A stretch of 64,000 bases of DNA from Lama guanicoe (Eukaryota), in assembly GCA_013239625.1 (NCBI GenBank), contig MU054391.1, forward strand, positions 3,811,130 to 3,875,129, in the 5' to 3' direction. Shown here one piece after another: positions 63,381 to 64,000 of the stretch. The notes under the pieces are model-generated. The model ran no database searches. It was given only the letters and a program-made list of their open reading frames with translations, and was not told the origin of the DNA. Every line of letters starts with the position of its first letter. Positions within the stretch are counted from its first letter, which is position 1. Both the position numbers and the translations under genes were made by a program.

Positions 63381-64000
63381 TAGCAGAAAAGGTGGGTTAA
63401 TCCTTGGCCACCCTTCCACAAGCACAGAGCTCAAGGCTGTAAGCGATGGTACAGGTGGTGTAAGGGCTGTTTTGTGCAGAATCCTGACGCCAGTCCCACT
63501 TAAGCAAGACAAGGTTTTGACCTTAATCATCACAGACCGTCAAGGGCGTGGGAAGGAAAAGGGATGTCCTGGGGCTGAGTCCTTTGAGGCCTCCTCTCAG
63601 ACAAGCCCAGGGCGGTCAGGGACCCCCGCCCTGGGCAGTGCGCCTGCTCTGGTGGCCGTTAGGCCCAGCCCCCTCTCCCAGGCTTCCCGGAGGCCATTTC
63701 CCCTTCAACCGCGCTGCTCCCACTGCTCTGTGATGAAACGCTAATCAGCCCCGATTCTAAGTCGGAGGAGAGCTGTACGAGACGGTGGGGTCAGTGGTCA
63801 GTCTTACATCCATTTACTCATCCTTCAGTTGGGATCAGGGATTTCATGCCTTAACTGCAGAGCCGGATTTCTCATCTCTTCCCCCCGGGAAGAGCAAGCA
63901 CTGTGAATCTTGCTATGTGTTTATCAGAAAGACGCAGGACACCTGCCGTTGGACAGAATCGCTGTGGAGACCCTGAGCTGCCCTGGCGAGGGGACCGTGT

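Noticed and set aside
29000..64000. A second protein-coding gene or novel multi-gene system downstream
   Set aside because: No chain of in-frame exons or known domain found; the only recognisable peptides come from L1, Tigger1 and CR1 remnants.

Overview
This is mammalian genomic DNA, GC- and CpG-rich, probably from a camelid because its two young tRNA-derived SINEs resemble the Vic-1 family. The first ~29 kb hold the last six coding exons and the 3' UTR of RNF144A, a membrane-anchored RBR E3 ubiquitin ligase, on the + strand. The exons are 4478-4582, 4718-4778, 9531-9738, 13620-13767, 19436-19525 and 24759-24890. They splice in frame into 247 codons plus a stop, covering the end of RING1, IBR, RING2 with the catalytic Cys, the TM helix and the C-terminus. 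The exon encoding the first ~45 aa lies upstream of the window. The remaining ~35 kb show no credible protein-coding gene, only repeats (L1 3' ends, L2, MIR, MLT1 LTRs, Tigger1, MER5/MER58, a CR1 relic, microsatellites) and a few candidate regulatory motifs. I found no convincing new multi-gene system. The notable points are: a GC-AG intron whose retention reads to a stop formed by its own acceptor TAG; a CAGCAG tandem acceptor; an intronic inverted SINE pair; apparent AT-to-GC drift reaching coding sequence while one small exon resists it; an extended CTCF site; a 5-unit heat-shock element; and an exon-like segment encoding a hydrophobic 27-aa smORF. Repeat family names, repeat boundaries and ortholog comparisons come from memory and are approximate; no searches were run.
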